The position numbers and the translations under genes were made by a program. 64,000 bases of DNA. Source: a virus. Taxonomy: Duplodnaviria; Caudoviricetes. The stretch spans positions 44,872-108,871 of IMG/VR virus record IMGVR_UViG_3300025653_000020; one strand, written 5' to 3'. How positions within the stretch are numbered: position 1 is the first letter of the stretch; each line of letters begins with the position of its first letter. Positions 38,540-48,618 of the stretch are shown piece after piece. The notes beneath the pieces were generated by a model. It was given only the letters and a program-made list of their open reading frames with translations, did no database searches and had not been told where the DNA came from.

Positions 38540-39022
38540 TCACAAGAACAAACGTGCTTGACTAGGTTCATTATTTGCAGGTGGTGGAGTATAAGATTTT
38601 GGTTTTTCAATCTTTCCTAATTGAGTCTCTAGTTTTACCAATTGACCAAAAGAATAGTCATATGTGAGCGCATCATGGCAAACATAATGCGGATGATTAA
38701 TAGGAACTCCAACTCTTTCGCAGAGTTCTTTATGATTATCTTCCATTAATTCAACAGCATATAACATATTGTTTAGAATATGCTCTTCAGAATGATAGTT
38801 TAGAAGTTCTTTTTTTAATGCGAGAATAAAGTTTCCAGAACCAGCAGAGTTGTCAAGAAATTTAGAGTTTGGATTCATTCTTTTTTCAAGAGAAATCATC
38901 TGAACCATTTCTTCACACATTTCCATTGGTGTGAATACTTCTTGAGTTTCTGCAATTCTTTCATCAGATCTTTCAATCTCAGAACCAGTTTTCTTATTAT
39001 GTTTGTTCTTATCAGTGCCCAT
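38540..39022 (-). CDS. DNA methyltransferase subunit carrying SAM-binding motifs X/I only
   Basis: QEVFTP, FLDNSAGSGNF, YAVELMEDN, CHDAL; no NPPY. Confidence 0.75.
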   Translation of the reverse strand: MGTDKNKHNKKTGSEIERSDERIAETQEVFTPMEMCEEMVQMISLEKRMNPNSKFLDNSAGSGNFILALKKELLNYHSEEHILNNMLYAVELMEDNHKELCERVGVPINHPHYVCHDALTYDYSFGQLVKLETQLGKIEKPKSYTPPPANNEPSQARLFL

Positions 39023-40373
39023 TACCGTATCTTTTTGTGTAGATTGTAATCAGTTTAGTTTTACCAAGATGAGGAATACCATTAGTTGTTCCCATTGAAG
39101 TTTCACGGAAAGTATTATCACCTTTTTGTCCAAGAGAAATAATTCTTTCTAGAATCTGTTCCTTAGTATTGTTTTCATCAGGGCGAACTTTGATGTAATT
39201 ATGACTCACAGATTTCTCATAATCAGTCCATTTCTTACCACCAGCATTCTTTTCTCCTGGAAGAAACACTTTACCAGAAGCACCAGCACCATCTCCACCA
39301 ACAAATATATCCGCGTCGTACCTATTCTCGTAGCTAAGAAATTCAATATGAGGATGTTCCTTATACTCTACATCAATCTCTCGTAGTTTATCACCAATCT
39401 TCCATTCCTGAATACAAGCATCAATACTCGCAGCAAAATCATTATCCTCACAATCTTTTGTCCAAACCAGTTCAAGTTCTTGATTAATCTTATTGTAGTT
39501 AGATGAACCTTGCTTAACTGATTTGGGAAGAACAAGAATAATTTGCCCTTTCTTTTCTCTTACTTTATCTGCACATCCATTCAAGAATTGCAGTGCCAAT
39601 CTTCCACCTTTTCCATACGGAGGATTACCAATTACAGCATCAAAATCATTCATATTTGAATACTCTTCTTTTGTAATGTATTTAATAGAATCTGGAATAT
39701 TACTCATTCCTGTTGGATTCATTTCATAATCACTATCGGTAAAGATATTTGAATATCCAAGATTTGAAAGTGTAATTGAAAAATGTCCAAAAGCATCTTG
39801 AGGTACATATATTTTAGCATCTTTTGGAAGATTATTCAATTTTTTCACAATAAGATTCACCAGATGCAATTTAGGTGCACGAATTGCTTCTGGATTCTTT
39901 TCTTTGATAAGTTTTTTATGAGATTCTGGAGTGAATCCAAAGGTTTTCTGATACTCTTTAAATCTCTCATCAATGTTTAAGAGTATACTTCTCATCAGAG
40001 AAACCATCTCAGAATAAGTCTTAATATGAAGAGGAGATTCTACAACTTCATTTGAACCACCAAGAGTACTTTTTCTAAATCCAAAAGAATATAGTTCTGC
40101 TCTGAAATAATGGTCAGTAATATCCTTATGAACAGGAATCATAAAATCTGGAATCACTTCTTCTGGAAGATGAGAATAATCTCCATCATTAAATCTACCA
40201 AAACCTCTATATGTTTTTGTCATACCAACAAAAGCACAAACTGGTCTCCTTCCAAGTTCAATAAGTTCTTTGATTGATGCCTGTTGATGACAATAAATCG
40301 TCATAGTCTCATTAGAAAGTGGTTCTGGATAACCAGGATCAACTTCCTTAATCAAATTCATTAGAGGATTCAT
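39012..40373 (-). CDS. GIY-YIG-like domain fused to an Eco57I-like adenine MTase catalytic domain
   Basis: TIYCH...FVGMT...ITDHYFR...SNEVV; FDAVIGNPPY; degenerate motif I (IYVPQDAFGHF); start set downstream of the promoter. Confidence 0.7.
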   Translation of the reverse strand: MNPLMNLIKEVDPGYPEPLSNETMTIYCHQQASIKELIELGRRPVCAFVGMTKTYRGFGRFNDGDYSHLPEEVIPDFMIPVHKDITDHYFRAELYSFGFRKSTLGGSNEVVESPLHIKTYSEMVSLMRSILLNIDERFKEYQKTFGFTPESHKKLIKEKNPEAIRAPKLHLVNLIVKKLNNLPKDAKIYVPQDAFGHFSITLSNLGYSNIFTDSDYEMNPTGMSNIPDSIKYITKEEYSNMNDFDAVIGNPPYGKGGRLALQFLNGCADKVREKKGQIILVLPKSVKQGSSNYNKINQELELVWTKDCEDNDFAASIDACIQEWKIGDKLREIDVEYKEHPHIEFLSYENRYDADIFVGGDGAGASGKVFLPGEKNAGGKKWTDYEKSVSHNYIKVRPDENNTKEQILERIISLGQKGDNTFRETSMGTTNGIPHLGKTKLITIYTKRYGNGH

Positions 40374-40413
40374 AAAGTCTTTAAGTTGATATCCATCATC
40401 GGTGACAAGGCAC

Positions 40414-40476
40414 ATTATATACAAAAACAGATACCCTTGTCAAGTCATTGACTTTTTATGGATTTTTTGTTATATT
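40414..40476. promoter_or_regulatory. Back-to-back sigma70-type promoters
   Basis: Minus strand TTGACA(40438-43)-18-TATAAT(40414-19); plus strand TTGACT(40448-53)-17-TATATT(40471-76). Confidence 0.6.
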
Positions 40477-43216
40477 ATGGTACCCACGAAGTAATACCAG
40501 TAGAAACATTTCCAGTTCCTTGTGAAATAAGTGGATATGCTCTTGCACTACCCCACAATAATCTAACAGAACCAGCACCACCAGGACTTCCATTACTTCC
40601 ACTGGATGAGCTAGTTCCTCCACCACCTCCACCCCATATTCCTCCACTTACATTAGTTCCACCAGTTTCACTACCAGGACCACCAATAATTAGAGTTTGT
40701 GCTGCCCAAATATTTCCTCCATCACCAATAAAAGCATCAGAATTTTCTGTTCCTGCAGTTAATCCAGTTTTAATTGCAGACATAACAACCGCACCATCAT
40801 TTGGAACTCCATATGAAGTTGCTGCTAATGAAACATATCCAGTTGGAGGTTGAATAGTAGAAATATTTGAAATTCCAATATTATCAATCATAGCAATTGA
40901 TATTACCGCAGAGTTGTTAGAAGATGTTGTAATTTGACCAGGATCTGGAGCCTGATAAAAATTGGCATCTCCATTACCAGGATCCCCCGCATCTGGGTTA
41001 AGGGGATCAATTGTTCTATTATCCCATATTGCATATGTATTTGCGCCAGTGGTAACAGGAGTTCCACCTCTATAAACTGAAGCCATAACTGCCGACGGCG
41101 CGGCTGGGCGTGCGGGGAAATCAAGATACATAGATCCTCCATTTTGTGTTGCAAAGAAATATCCAACATAATATCCCATTCCGCCAGCACCACGAGGATC
41201 TTCCGAAGAACCATTAAATCTATTGTCATTAGAACTTGGAAATTCTTCAAATTGAATATCACTTCTCCATTGAATAGATTCTGGTGCACCCCCCACCGAA
41301 CTATAAAATCTTGCATTTGGATACTCATCAACTTGAGTTGTAATACTGGGACCATCTATTGCACATGCAACAATAATTAAATCGCCAATTTGAGTACCCG
41401 ATGGTAAAGCGAATGGAAAACCGAAATTGTAATCATCAGTAACATCTCGAAAATTGCTCGGACTCGGATTTGTTGGATCTAAAAAATAACTAGCAGTAAA
41501 TGCAGTTCCAACAAGAGTTACTGGAGTTCCTGAATTAGTTCTTCTTATTTCTAATGTATAACATCTACTATGTGCAGATGTTCCTGTTAAAAACTCATCG
41601 GGTTTAACAGTAGTTCCTGCGGAGTAAGTAGTACTTACAATAGGATTTCCACCAAAAATTGCGCCAGTAGCTTGGAATTGTGAGTCTGTATATTGCCCTG
41701 TGATACCAACACCCTCTCCAATAACTCCACCAATTCCACCATTTATGAAACCTAAGGTTAGACTATTTTGCCCAGCAGTAGTTCCTGAATTTAAAACGCA
41801 GTTTGCTAAGTATCCAGAAATAATTGAAACTGCTCCAGCAGGAACACCGGGAACCGCAGGAGGGTTTGGCATAAGAGTTTCACATCCTCCAGCAGTTGGA
41901 TTAAGTGCCGGATCTCCAGAAGTATTTCTCCATAAGAAATCTGCCGGATTTATTGTTGTTCCTGGGATAAACCTTAAAGCTACAAGATTGTGGATGCAAT
42001 TTGAATCCAAATTATCGAGACTTGTTTTAGTTAACCCACCAGAAGGTATATAAGCATACGAAGATGAAAAATTAATATCTCTTGTTGGAGATATTGAAGG
42101 ATTGGGATTGTAGGCAACTTGAAGTTTATCACCTGTCGCTATAGTAGTATCAGGTATGGATCTTATATCACTTGGGTCGTCCCATTTAGCTATATATTCA
42201 CTATTATTACTACTTACAATAGTTGTAAATCCAGATGTTGGAAAATCTGTCGAATTTGGAACTGAAATTGAAATCGGCGCTCCAGGAACAGATGTATCTG
42301 CTGCGGACAATAATACCAGAAAATCATTGTCCGAAAATGTTACCGAATTTCCTAAATTATCTTTTACATCACTATAAGATATGAAAGTTTGATCTGTTGA
42401 TGCTGATCCAACAAATTGTGCAGCAATTGGAGAACCCGGATCATTAAAAAATGATCCTCCACCGCCACCAGAACTATTATTTACGCCAGCAATACCTTGA
42501 GAAGTACCATCAAAACCAAAAGCACCAACTCCACCTCCACCATATCCATTTCCTATAGAATATCCTCCACCACCACCGCCACCACTTGCAGATGCAGCAC
42601 TTGTTGGGTTGATGGGTCCACCATCCCATCCTCCACCAACTCCACCACTACCAGTATATCCACCAGCACCACCTCCACCTGCTCCTAAGTCAGTACCAGA
42701 AAGTACTGTTCCACCGTCACCACCAGATCCACCACCCCTGACAAACATTTTAAAATTTGCTGGGCCTTGCGGATCGGGTTGAATTCCAGCTCCTCCACCA
42801 CCACTACCAGTACCTTTTGATCCACCTCTACCACCTTGTGCAAGTATTATAGTTTCATTAATTGTGACACCATTACGAGATTTTAGAACAACACTGCTAT
42901 CTCCACCATTAGTTCCACTGTTATTTGTTGATCCTCCTAATCCAGATGCACCAATATTTACAGTTAAAACATCTCCGGGTTGAACTGAAAAGATTCCCCA
43001 AGTCAGTCCACCACCTCCACCACCTCCGGATCTACCACCTCCACCACCTCCACCACCAGAACCTCCTCCACCTGCACCAACGACAACTGCTGATAGTGTA
43101 AAAACACCATCTGGAACTGTAAAATCTTCAGTAAGACTAGGTGTATTTGTTACTGTGTATGATTGTTGATACGCTGGTTGCGTAAACTGTGATATTAATT
43201 GTACTGGAAATGTCAT
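40475..43216 (-). CDS. Glycine-rich virion / tail-fibre-associated protein (913 aa)
   Basis: VVGAGGGG...GGGGG domain split by a large insertion, closing with GGAGSVRLLW. Confidence 0.75.
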   Translation of the reverse strand: MTFPVQLISQFTQPAYQQSYTVTNTPSLTEDFTVPDGVFTLSAVVVGAGGGGSGGGGGGGGRSGGGGGGGLTWGIFSVQPGDVLTVNIGASGLGGSTNNSGTNGGDSSVVLKSRNGVTINETIILAQGGRGGSKGTGSGGGGAGIQPDPQGPANFKMFVRGGGSGGDGGTVLSGTDLGAGGGGAGGYTGSGGVGGGWDGGPINPTSAASASGGGGGGGYSIGNGYGGGGVGAFGFDGTSQGIAGVNNSSGGGGGSFFNDPGSPIAAQFVGSASTDQTFISYSDVKDNLGNSVTFSDNDFLVLLSAADTSVPGAPISISVPNSTDFPTSGFTTIVSSNNSEYIAKWDDPSDIRSIPDTTIATGDKLQVAYNPNPSISPTRDINFSSSYAYIPSGGLTKTSLDNLDSNCIHNLVALRFIPGTTINPADFLWRNTSGDPALNPTAGGCETLMPNPPAVPGVPAGAVSIISGYLANCVLNSGTTAGQNSLTLGFINGGIGGVIGEGVGITGQYTDSQFQATGAIFGGNPIVSTTYSAGTTVKPDEFLTGTSAHSRCYTLEIRRTNSGTPVTLVGTAFTASYFLDPTNPSPSNFRDVTDDYNFGFPFALPSGTQIGDLIIVACAIDGPSITTQVDEYPNARFYSSVGGAPESIQWRSDIQFEEFPSSNDNRFNGSSEDPRGAGGMGYYVGYFFATQNGGSMYLDFPARPAAPSAVMASVYRGGTPVTTGANTYAIWDNRTIDPLNPDAGDPGNGDANFYQAPDPGQITTSSNNSAVISIAMIDNIGISNISTIQPPTGYVSLAATSYGVPNDGAVVMSAIKTGLTAGTENSDAFIGDGGNIWAAQTLIIGGPGSETGGTNVSGGIWGGGGGGTSSSSGSNGSPGGAGSVRLLWGSARAYPLISQGTGNVSTGITSWVP

Positions 43217-43218
43217 AA

Positions 43219-45480
43219 TTATACCAATCCTGCTCCTGTGATTACATAAGATCTAAATGGCGATACTCCTGATACATTATAGCAAAGAAGTGTTGCAACT
43301 CCATATGGAGCAAGAAATCTACTGCCTGTTTGAGTAGAACCTCCAAATCTTAATAGTGCACCTGATGCTGCAGTAATATCTATAGTATTTGTAGAGTTGT
43401 TGAATATAACGCAATTATCGCCAGCACCAAAATTGGTATTTGGAACCGTAATATCATTTCCATTAGTAAGTATGTGTTTTCCGTTATCTGTCGCTATGAT
43501 AGTATATGGGTTTGTTCCGGTAGAATTTGCTGGTATTGTTGCTGGTCCAAATGTTCCTTGTCGACCTTGAATACCTTGGATACCTTGAATACCTTGTCTG
43601 CCTTGGATACCATCAGTTCCTTGTGCACCTTGAACTCCTGCTCCTGTAGCACCTTGAATACCATCAGTTCCTTGAGTACCTTGAACACCTTGAATACCAT
43701 CAGTTCCTTGAGTACCTTGAACTCCTTGAATACCTTGGATACCTTGTCTACCTTGAACACCCCTTACACCTTGGATTCCCTGAACACCTCTAGTTCCTTG
43801 AACACCTTGAATACCTTGAACACCTTGAACACCATCAGTTCCTTGAACACCTTGAATACCATCAGTTCCTTGAGTACCTTGAACACCTTGAATACCTTGG
43901 ATACCTTGGATACCATTAGTTCCTGCTCCACCAGAGATTCCTTGAATACCTTGGATACCTTGTCTGCCTTGAACACCTCTAGTTCCTTGAACACCTTGAA
44001 TACCTTGAATACCATCAGTTCCTTGAGTACCTTGAACACCTTGAATACCTTGGATACCTTGGACACCTTTAGTTCCTGTTCCACCAGCGATTCCTTGAAT
44101 ACCTTGGATACCTTGTCTGCCTTGAACACCACCAGTTCCTTGAATACCTTGAATACCTTGGACACCTTTGGTTCCTACTCCACCAGAGATTCCTTGAATA
44201 CCTTGGATACCTTGAGTTCCTTGAACACCTTGAATACCTGTAGTTCCTTGGACACCTTGAATACCTGTAGTTCCTTGAGTGCCTTGGATACCATTAATTC
44301 CTTGGATACCTTGGACACCTTGAGATCCTAAAACACCATCAACTCCTTGAGTTCCTTGAACACCTTGAATACCTTGAATACCTTGGATGCCTTGTCTGCC
44401 TTGGATACCTGTAATTCCCTGTATACCTTGAATACCATCAGTTCCTTGAGTACCTTGAATACCTTGGATACCTTGGATACCATAAAGTGCAGCATCTTTA
44501 ACATCAACCCAACTAATTCCATATCCAGTTCTAGTAACTGGATCAAAAGTTGACATTAAAACAGTGCCAGTTGTACCAATAGAATTAAATGTTCCATTGG
44601 CAACATCTTCGGCATCATAAGATAAGTATCCTTCAAGAATAAGACCTACTGTACTTCCAAAACCAACAATAGATGATATTCCAGAAACTACTAGATTTGT
44701 AATTGATCCAATACCACCAATAACGTTGACTGCAGTTAGTGCACTACCAGTATTTCCCGCCGTTAATGCAGTAGCAACCTTAATAGGAAAATAACCATTT
44801 GGTTGAAATCTTTCACTACTTATAAATCCTGTAGTAATGTTTCCTGCATTTTCAAGATTTAAAGCAGTTGTTGCAATTCCAACTAGATTTCCGTAAAAGA
44901 ATGGTGCTGTTACAATTCCAGAAAACTCACCAGTTCCTTTAACATATAAATCTGAAGTCGGTTGGTCTGTATTGATTCCTAAGTTGGTATTGGCATAATC
45001 CCAATATATGTTTGTATTACCAGTAGCAAATCCAGTAGAAGTGTTGACAATAACTTGTCCAACATCACCTTGATTTAATAATTCATCAATAGCAATTATA
45101 ACAGTTGCAATACCAACACCAGCAGTTGGACCTAGAAGAGGAGGAACTTGAACTGTAACGCCACCTCCAACAAAGTTTATGCCATGAATTGCATTAAATT
45201 TATTGTTTGGTAGAAATCCATTATCATAAACAGAAATATATCCAAGAGTTGTTCCTATTCCTACTCCCTGTGCCCAAAATCTTTCTCCTTCAGCACCATC
45301 AACTGCAATTAATTGGTAAGGGGTTCCAACTGGAATTGGATTTGCACCCACTGAAGATGGTCCAATTTGAGGATCGCCTAAGTTTGGCTCAGCTTGCTCT
45401 AGACCAAGAAATTGGTATCTATCCGATGTTATTCCTGATTGTGGAGTTCTAATAACTCTTCCAGAATTTAATTTCGCCAT
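43219..45480 (-). CDS. Collagen-like tail fibre protein (753 aa)
   Basis: About 100 Gly-X-Gln triplets; N-terminal [16 protein letters not shown]. Confidence 0.85.
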   Translation of the reverse strand: MAKLNSGRVIRTPQSGITSDRYQFLGLEQAEPNLGDPQIGPSSVGANPIPVGTPYQLIAVDGAEGERFWAQGVGIGTTLGYISVYDNGFLPNNKFNAIHGINFVGGGVTVQVPPLLGPTAGVGIATVIIAIDELLNQGDVGQVIVNTSTGFATGNTNIYWDYANTNLGINTDQPTSDLYVKGTGEFSGIVTAPFFYGNLVGIATTALNLENAGNITTGFISSERFQPNGYFPIKVATALTAGNTGSALTAVNVIGGIGSITNLVVSGISSIVGFGSTVGLILEGYLSYDAEDVANGTFNSIGTTGTVLMSTFDPVTRTGYGISWVDVKDAALYGIQGIQGIQGTQGTDGIQGIQGITGIQGRQGIQGIQGIQGVQGTQGVDGVLGSQGVQGIQGINGIQGTQGTTGIQGVQGTTGIQGVQGTQGIQGIQGISGGVGTKGVQGIQGIQGTGGVQGRQGIQGIQGIAGGTGTKGVQGIQGIQGVQGTQGTDGIQGIQGVQGTRGVQGRQGIQGIQGISGGAGTNGIQGIQGIQGVQGTQGTDGIQGVQGTDGVQGVQGIQGVQGTRGVQGIQGVRGVQGRQGIQGIQGVQGTQGTDGIQGVQGTQGTDGIQGATGAGVQGAQGTDGIQGRQGIQGIQGIQGRQGTFGPATIPANSTGTNPYTIIATDNGKHILTNGNDITVPNTNFGAGDNCVIFNNSTNTIDITAASGALLRFGGSTQTGSRFLAPYGVATLLCYNVSGVSPFRSYVITGAGLV
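43550..44482 (-). repeat. 9-bp coding tandem repeat (G-I/V/T/R-Q collagen-like)
   Basis: ccttgaata / ccttggata / ccttgaaca units. Confidence 0.92.
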
Positions 45481-45520
45481 TTAACTTCTCTAGAGTGAAT
45501 TATATTATTCTTATTTTCAT

Positions 45521-45528
45521 TATTTATC
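45521..45528 (-). promoter_or_regulatory. T4-type late promoter (GATAAATA)
   Basis: About 40 bp upstream of the collagen-like gene. Confidence 0.6.
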
Positions 45529-45532
45529 TATT

Positions 45533-47215
45533 CTAATTTTGTCTCTTTGTTACTGTATTTCTAGTTCTTGGGTATTTAACACCATCAACTTCTGGATTTC
45601 TATTTTTAATGGATAATCTTGGAAATGAAGTTCCTTCTTCAGGTCTTTTCTTTTTATAGAAAAGATATCTATTATTTCCAACTCCAAATCCTTCATAGGG
45701 AGATGAATTTGGATTTGATCCCGGATCTCCAACTTCTGCTAAAAAAGTTTCTTTCAAATATTGAAGTGCTTCTGCTTGAGTTATATTTGGTTCTTGTTCT
45801 GCTAGACAAGCAATAACTCCAGCAACTTGAGGACTGGACATACTTGTTCCATTGATTGATGCTAACCAATAAGAAGTATTTCTAGGATCTTGGGCTAAAG
45901 ATCCATAACCTTCATTAGTTGCAGTTGTGGAATCCCAAACCGCAGAAATAATATCGCTGCCCGGCGCCCAAATATCTATTCTATTACCCCAATTACTAAA
46001 GTTAGATTTATATTCTGCAACTTTAGATCCAAGACTGCCAACACAAATAACATTATCTGCAGCACCAGGACTTGAACCCTTTGAATGTGTAATAGTAGAA
46101 ACACCAGATATTGTTACGCTGTTATTATAGTCAACTCCACCAAAAACATCAGCATTCCAAAAAGAATTTCCAGCAGAAGATATAATTATTACTCCATCAT
46201 TAATTGCATCTTGAATATCAGCATCAACTGCTGCAACTCTAGCTGGAGTAGAAGAAAGAAATGTATTAAGGGGAACTGGAACTCCATTTGCTTCTAAAAT
46301 TGCTTTTCTTTGAGCATCAGTTCCTGATACAGTTGTTATTGTTCCTCTATAATTTACAGATGTAACGTCTGTTAGAGGAATGTCCGAAAAGGAATATCCC
46401 CAACTGTGATTAGTGACTGTTGGATTTTTTCTACCAGTATCTGGATTAATTGGCTTATTTAAATGAAAATATCTTAAATAATCCCATAATTTTAATGCCC
46501 AATCAACTTCTCCTGATAAGGCATCGTTGAATGCCATATTATAGATGTTAGCATCTCTTGCCCATCCTTGAGTGTTTCCTGCAGCAGTTCCAGTAACGTG
46601 TGATCCGTGATTTTTATTTGGTAAATTACCTGTGGTTGGATAAGTATAAGTTGCTGGTGTAGAGTATCCTAATGCAGAACTGTATGAAAACCAATTAAAA
46701 AGATTAACTCTACTTCCTCCAGTTCCATCTACATTAACAGCAAATTCTGGATGGTCTGGATTTGGATGTTCATCTACAGTTATGACATCTACATTTTTTC
46801 CAGAAGAAGTTGTTGAAATTCTTCTATTTGTTATTTGGGGTATAGAATCACTTCCCCAATTTGCAACAGTCTGTCCTTCAGAAACTCTATAAAGACCCCA
46901 ATTCTTATCATCAGAACCAAATGAAGTTGTTGTTTTTTGAAAATCTCCAGTTTGTGTCCAAAAAGATTTTGCAACAATCCCAAGTTCACTTGGTATAATC
47001 TCGCAAGCAAGAACTCTAGGATCATTTCTTACTTGTCTTGCTTCCTCTTCAGAAAGCATATAATGAGTATTGCGACTTATAGGTCTTCTATCTACCAACT
47101 CAACTGCTCTGTCAGGAATATAGAGATTTCCTCCAGGAGTCTCCATATCATCATATAAACTATCTAAATCTTCCTTATTTTTACAAGTAACAATATACTC
47201 TTTTATCTCTGACAT
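45533..47215 (-). CDS. Subtilisin-like S8 serine peptidase
   Basis: VDVITVD, NHGSHVTGTAAG, SAGNS, GTSMSSPQVAG; N-terminal propeptide-like KEYIVT. Confidence 0.92.
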   Translation of the reverse strand: MSEIKEYIVTCKNKEDLDSLYDDMETPGGNLYIPDRAVELVDRRPISRNTHYMLSEEEARQVRNDPRVLACEIIPSELGIVAKSFWTQTGDFQKTTTSFGSDDKNWGLYRVSEGQTVANWGSDSIPQITNRRISTTSSGKNVDVITVDEHPNPDHPEFAVNVDGTGGSRVNLFNWFSYSSALGYSTPATYTYPTTGNLPNKNHGSHVTGTAAGNTQGWARDANIYNMAFNDALSGEVDWALKLWDYLRYFHLNKPINPDTGRKNPTVTNHSWGYSFSDIPLTDVTSVNYRGTITTVSGTDAQRKAILEANGVPVPLNTFLSSTPARVAAVDADIQDAINDGVIIISSAGNSFWNADVFGGVDYNNSVTISGVSTITHSKGSSPGAADNVICVGSLGSKVAEYKSNFSNWGNRIDIWAPGSDIISAVWDSTTATNEGYGSLAQDPRNTSYWLASINGTSMSSPQVAGVIACLAEQEPNITQAEALQYLKETFLAEVGDPGSNPNSSPYEGFGVGNNRYLFYKKKRPEEGTSFPRLSIKNRNPEVDGVKYPRTRNTVTKRQN

Positions 47216-47218
47216 ATA

Positions 47219-47884
47219 TTAAGACTCCAGTTGTACTAATGTTAGAGTAACTGTAATATCAGATGTGCTACTTTCATTGTTTACAACTTTGGCATAAATG
47301 TTAGTTGATGGTGTTGCATCATTATTCCAACCAATAATCCCTGGTGACATTATAAAAGTGCTGATGCCAGAAGTTGTTGTAAGAACTTCTGCAATTACAC
47401 CTGAACCGGGATCTGGATCTGTTGTGGAACTTCTACCTGCATCTGCAGTTCTTGAAGATGTATCAGTGTAAATAGTAACCCAAGCAGCACTAGAAATCCC
47501 TACCTTCTGTAAAGCATAAGTCTTATATCCAGTTATAGTTATATTTGCTGCTGTTCCAACTCCAATAGATCCTGTTGATGCAGATGCTGTTGTTCTTGGT
47601 GCAATAGAAACACCTCCGCCACCAGATGTAATTGTAACAGTTGCAATTCCACTAGAAAATGTGGCAGTAACTCCAGTTCCCACAAAGTTTATTGTTGATG
47701 CAATGCCAACAGGACTCCCTTCTTCTTGAACAGAAATTCCAGATCCTGTTGCATTTACAACAATATTTGATGTTCCAAAAGAAGTCCAACTTTCTCCATT
47801 CCAAGAATAAGTAATACCTGCTGCAGTATATGTAAATGATCCATCAGTTGGTTGCCCACCTGTAGCGGGAAAATTAATTGCCAT
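47219..47884 (-). CDS. Virion structural / fibre-associated protein
   Basis: MAINFP...YSWNGESW; TINFVGTGVTA. Confidence 0.7.
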   Translation of the reverse strand: MAINFPATGGQPTDGSFTYTAAGITYSWNGESWTSFGTSNIVVNATGSGISVQEEGSPVGIASTINFVGTGVTATFSSGIATVTITSGGGGVSIAPRTTASASTGSIGVGTAANITITGYKTYALQKVGISSAAWVTIYTDTSSRTADAGRSSTTDPDPGSGVIAEVLTTTSGISTFIMSPGIIGWNNDATPSTNIYAKVVNNESSTSDITVTLTLVQLES

Positions 47885-47910
47885 TTCTTAGTTGCTCCTT
47901 CCAGTTTTAT

Positions 47911-48618
47911 TTAGAGATTGGTAATAGTAACCATGATGTCACCAAGGTTTAGTGGATCCTCGTTCCATCTTCTGACACAGAATACAACGTTGCCAGCGTT
48001 CCTCTCAATACCAATCTGTGCTCCATTAGCAGAGACCCAATCAGTTCCATCGTAAGATGCATTGACAATATAGTCAGTCCTTGCTGCATATGCTGATGGG
48101 AATGTTAATGTATAGAAGACATCGCCACCAAGAGCACTTCCATCTCCACCAGACTTAGCAACTGTATAACCAGCAGTTCCAGTCCACGTTGGAGAATTAG
48201 CATTCATATTGATACATCCAGCAGCAACAGGAACATTTGGTTGTGCTAATGGTGGCGAAGCTTCAACCCATTGTGAACTATCAATATCTTGATAATAAAT
48301 GTTTAAACGACCAGTGCTGCTTTTCCACCAAAGATTTCCATCTGCAGGACTAATTGGAGCAGTATCTGAAATAGTTACACTTACTCCACCACCACCGCCA
48401 CCAACACTACTACTCCAACTAACTCCAGTACCAGTTGATGTTAAAACATCTCCAGTTGTTCCTGCATATCCTAAATGGTCAAGTAATTCCTTTTCTACAA
48501 ATAATGAAGTTGTAGATGATGTTGTTCCAAATGAAACCACAACATCTGTTGGTGACGATGTTGTAGTAGTAAACGCAACGTATTGACCAAGTTTTGAAAG
48601 TTCTCTATTAAATGTCAT
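47911..48618 (-). CDS. Virion structural / fibre-associated protein
   Basis: GDVLTSTGTGVSW; GNLWWKSSTGRLNIYY. Confidence 0.7.
   Translation of the reverse strand: MTFNRELSKLGQYVAFTTTTSSPTDVVVSFGTTSSTTSLFVEKELLDHLGYAGTTGDVLTSTGTGVSWSSSVGGGGGGVSVTISDTAPISPADGNLWWKSSTGRLNIYYQDIDSSQWVEASPPLAQPNVPVAAGCINMNANSPTWTGTAGYTVAKSGGDGSALGGDVFYTLTFPSAYAARTDYIVNASYDGTDWVSANGAQIGIERNAGNVVFCVRRWNEDPLNLGDIMVTITNL

Larger units (their letters stand above)
16221..38544 (-). repeat. Dispersed 24-bp palindrome TGTG(C/A)CA-N10-TG(G/T)CACA, at least 21 copies, heading early cassettes
   Basis: Copies begin at 16221, 17520, 17951, 18149, 19032, 19284, 19837, 20300, 20555, 21084, 25102, 25363, 26455, 27478, 29910, 31972, 32719, 34540, 36817, 37074, 38521; most lie 28-31 bp upstream of a minus-strand TAnnnT. 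Confidence 0.9.

Noticed and set aside
16221-38544. Dispersed palindromes as sigma54 promoters (TGGCAC) or as a mini-CRISPR
   Set aside because: No consistent TTGC at -12; the spacing is fixed to a sigma70-type -10; copies are separated by whole genes
41091-41120. GC-rich patch in the 913-aa gene as a DGR variable region or insertion
   Set aside because: Encodes in-frame PARPAAPSA; no template repeat or reverse transcriptase seen in the window
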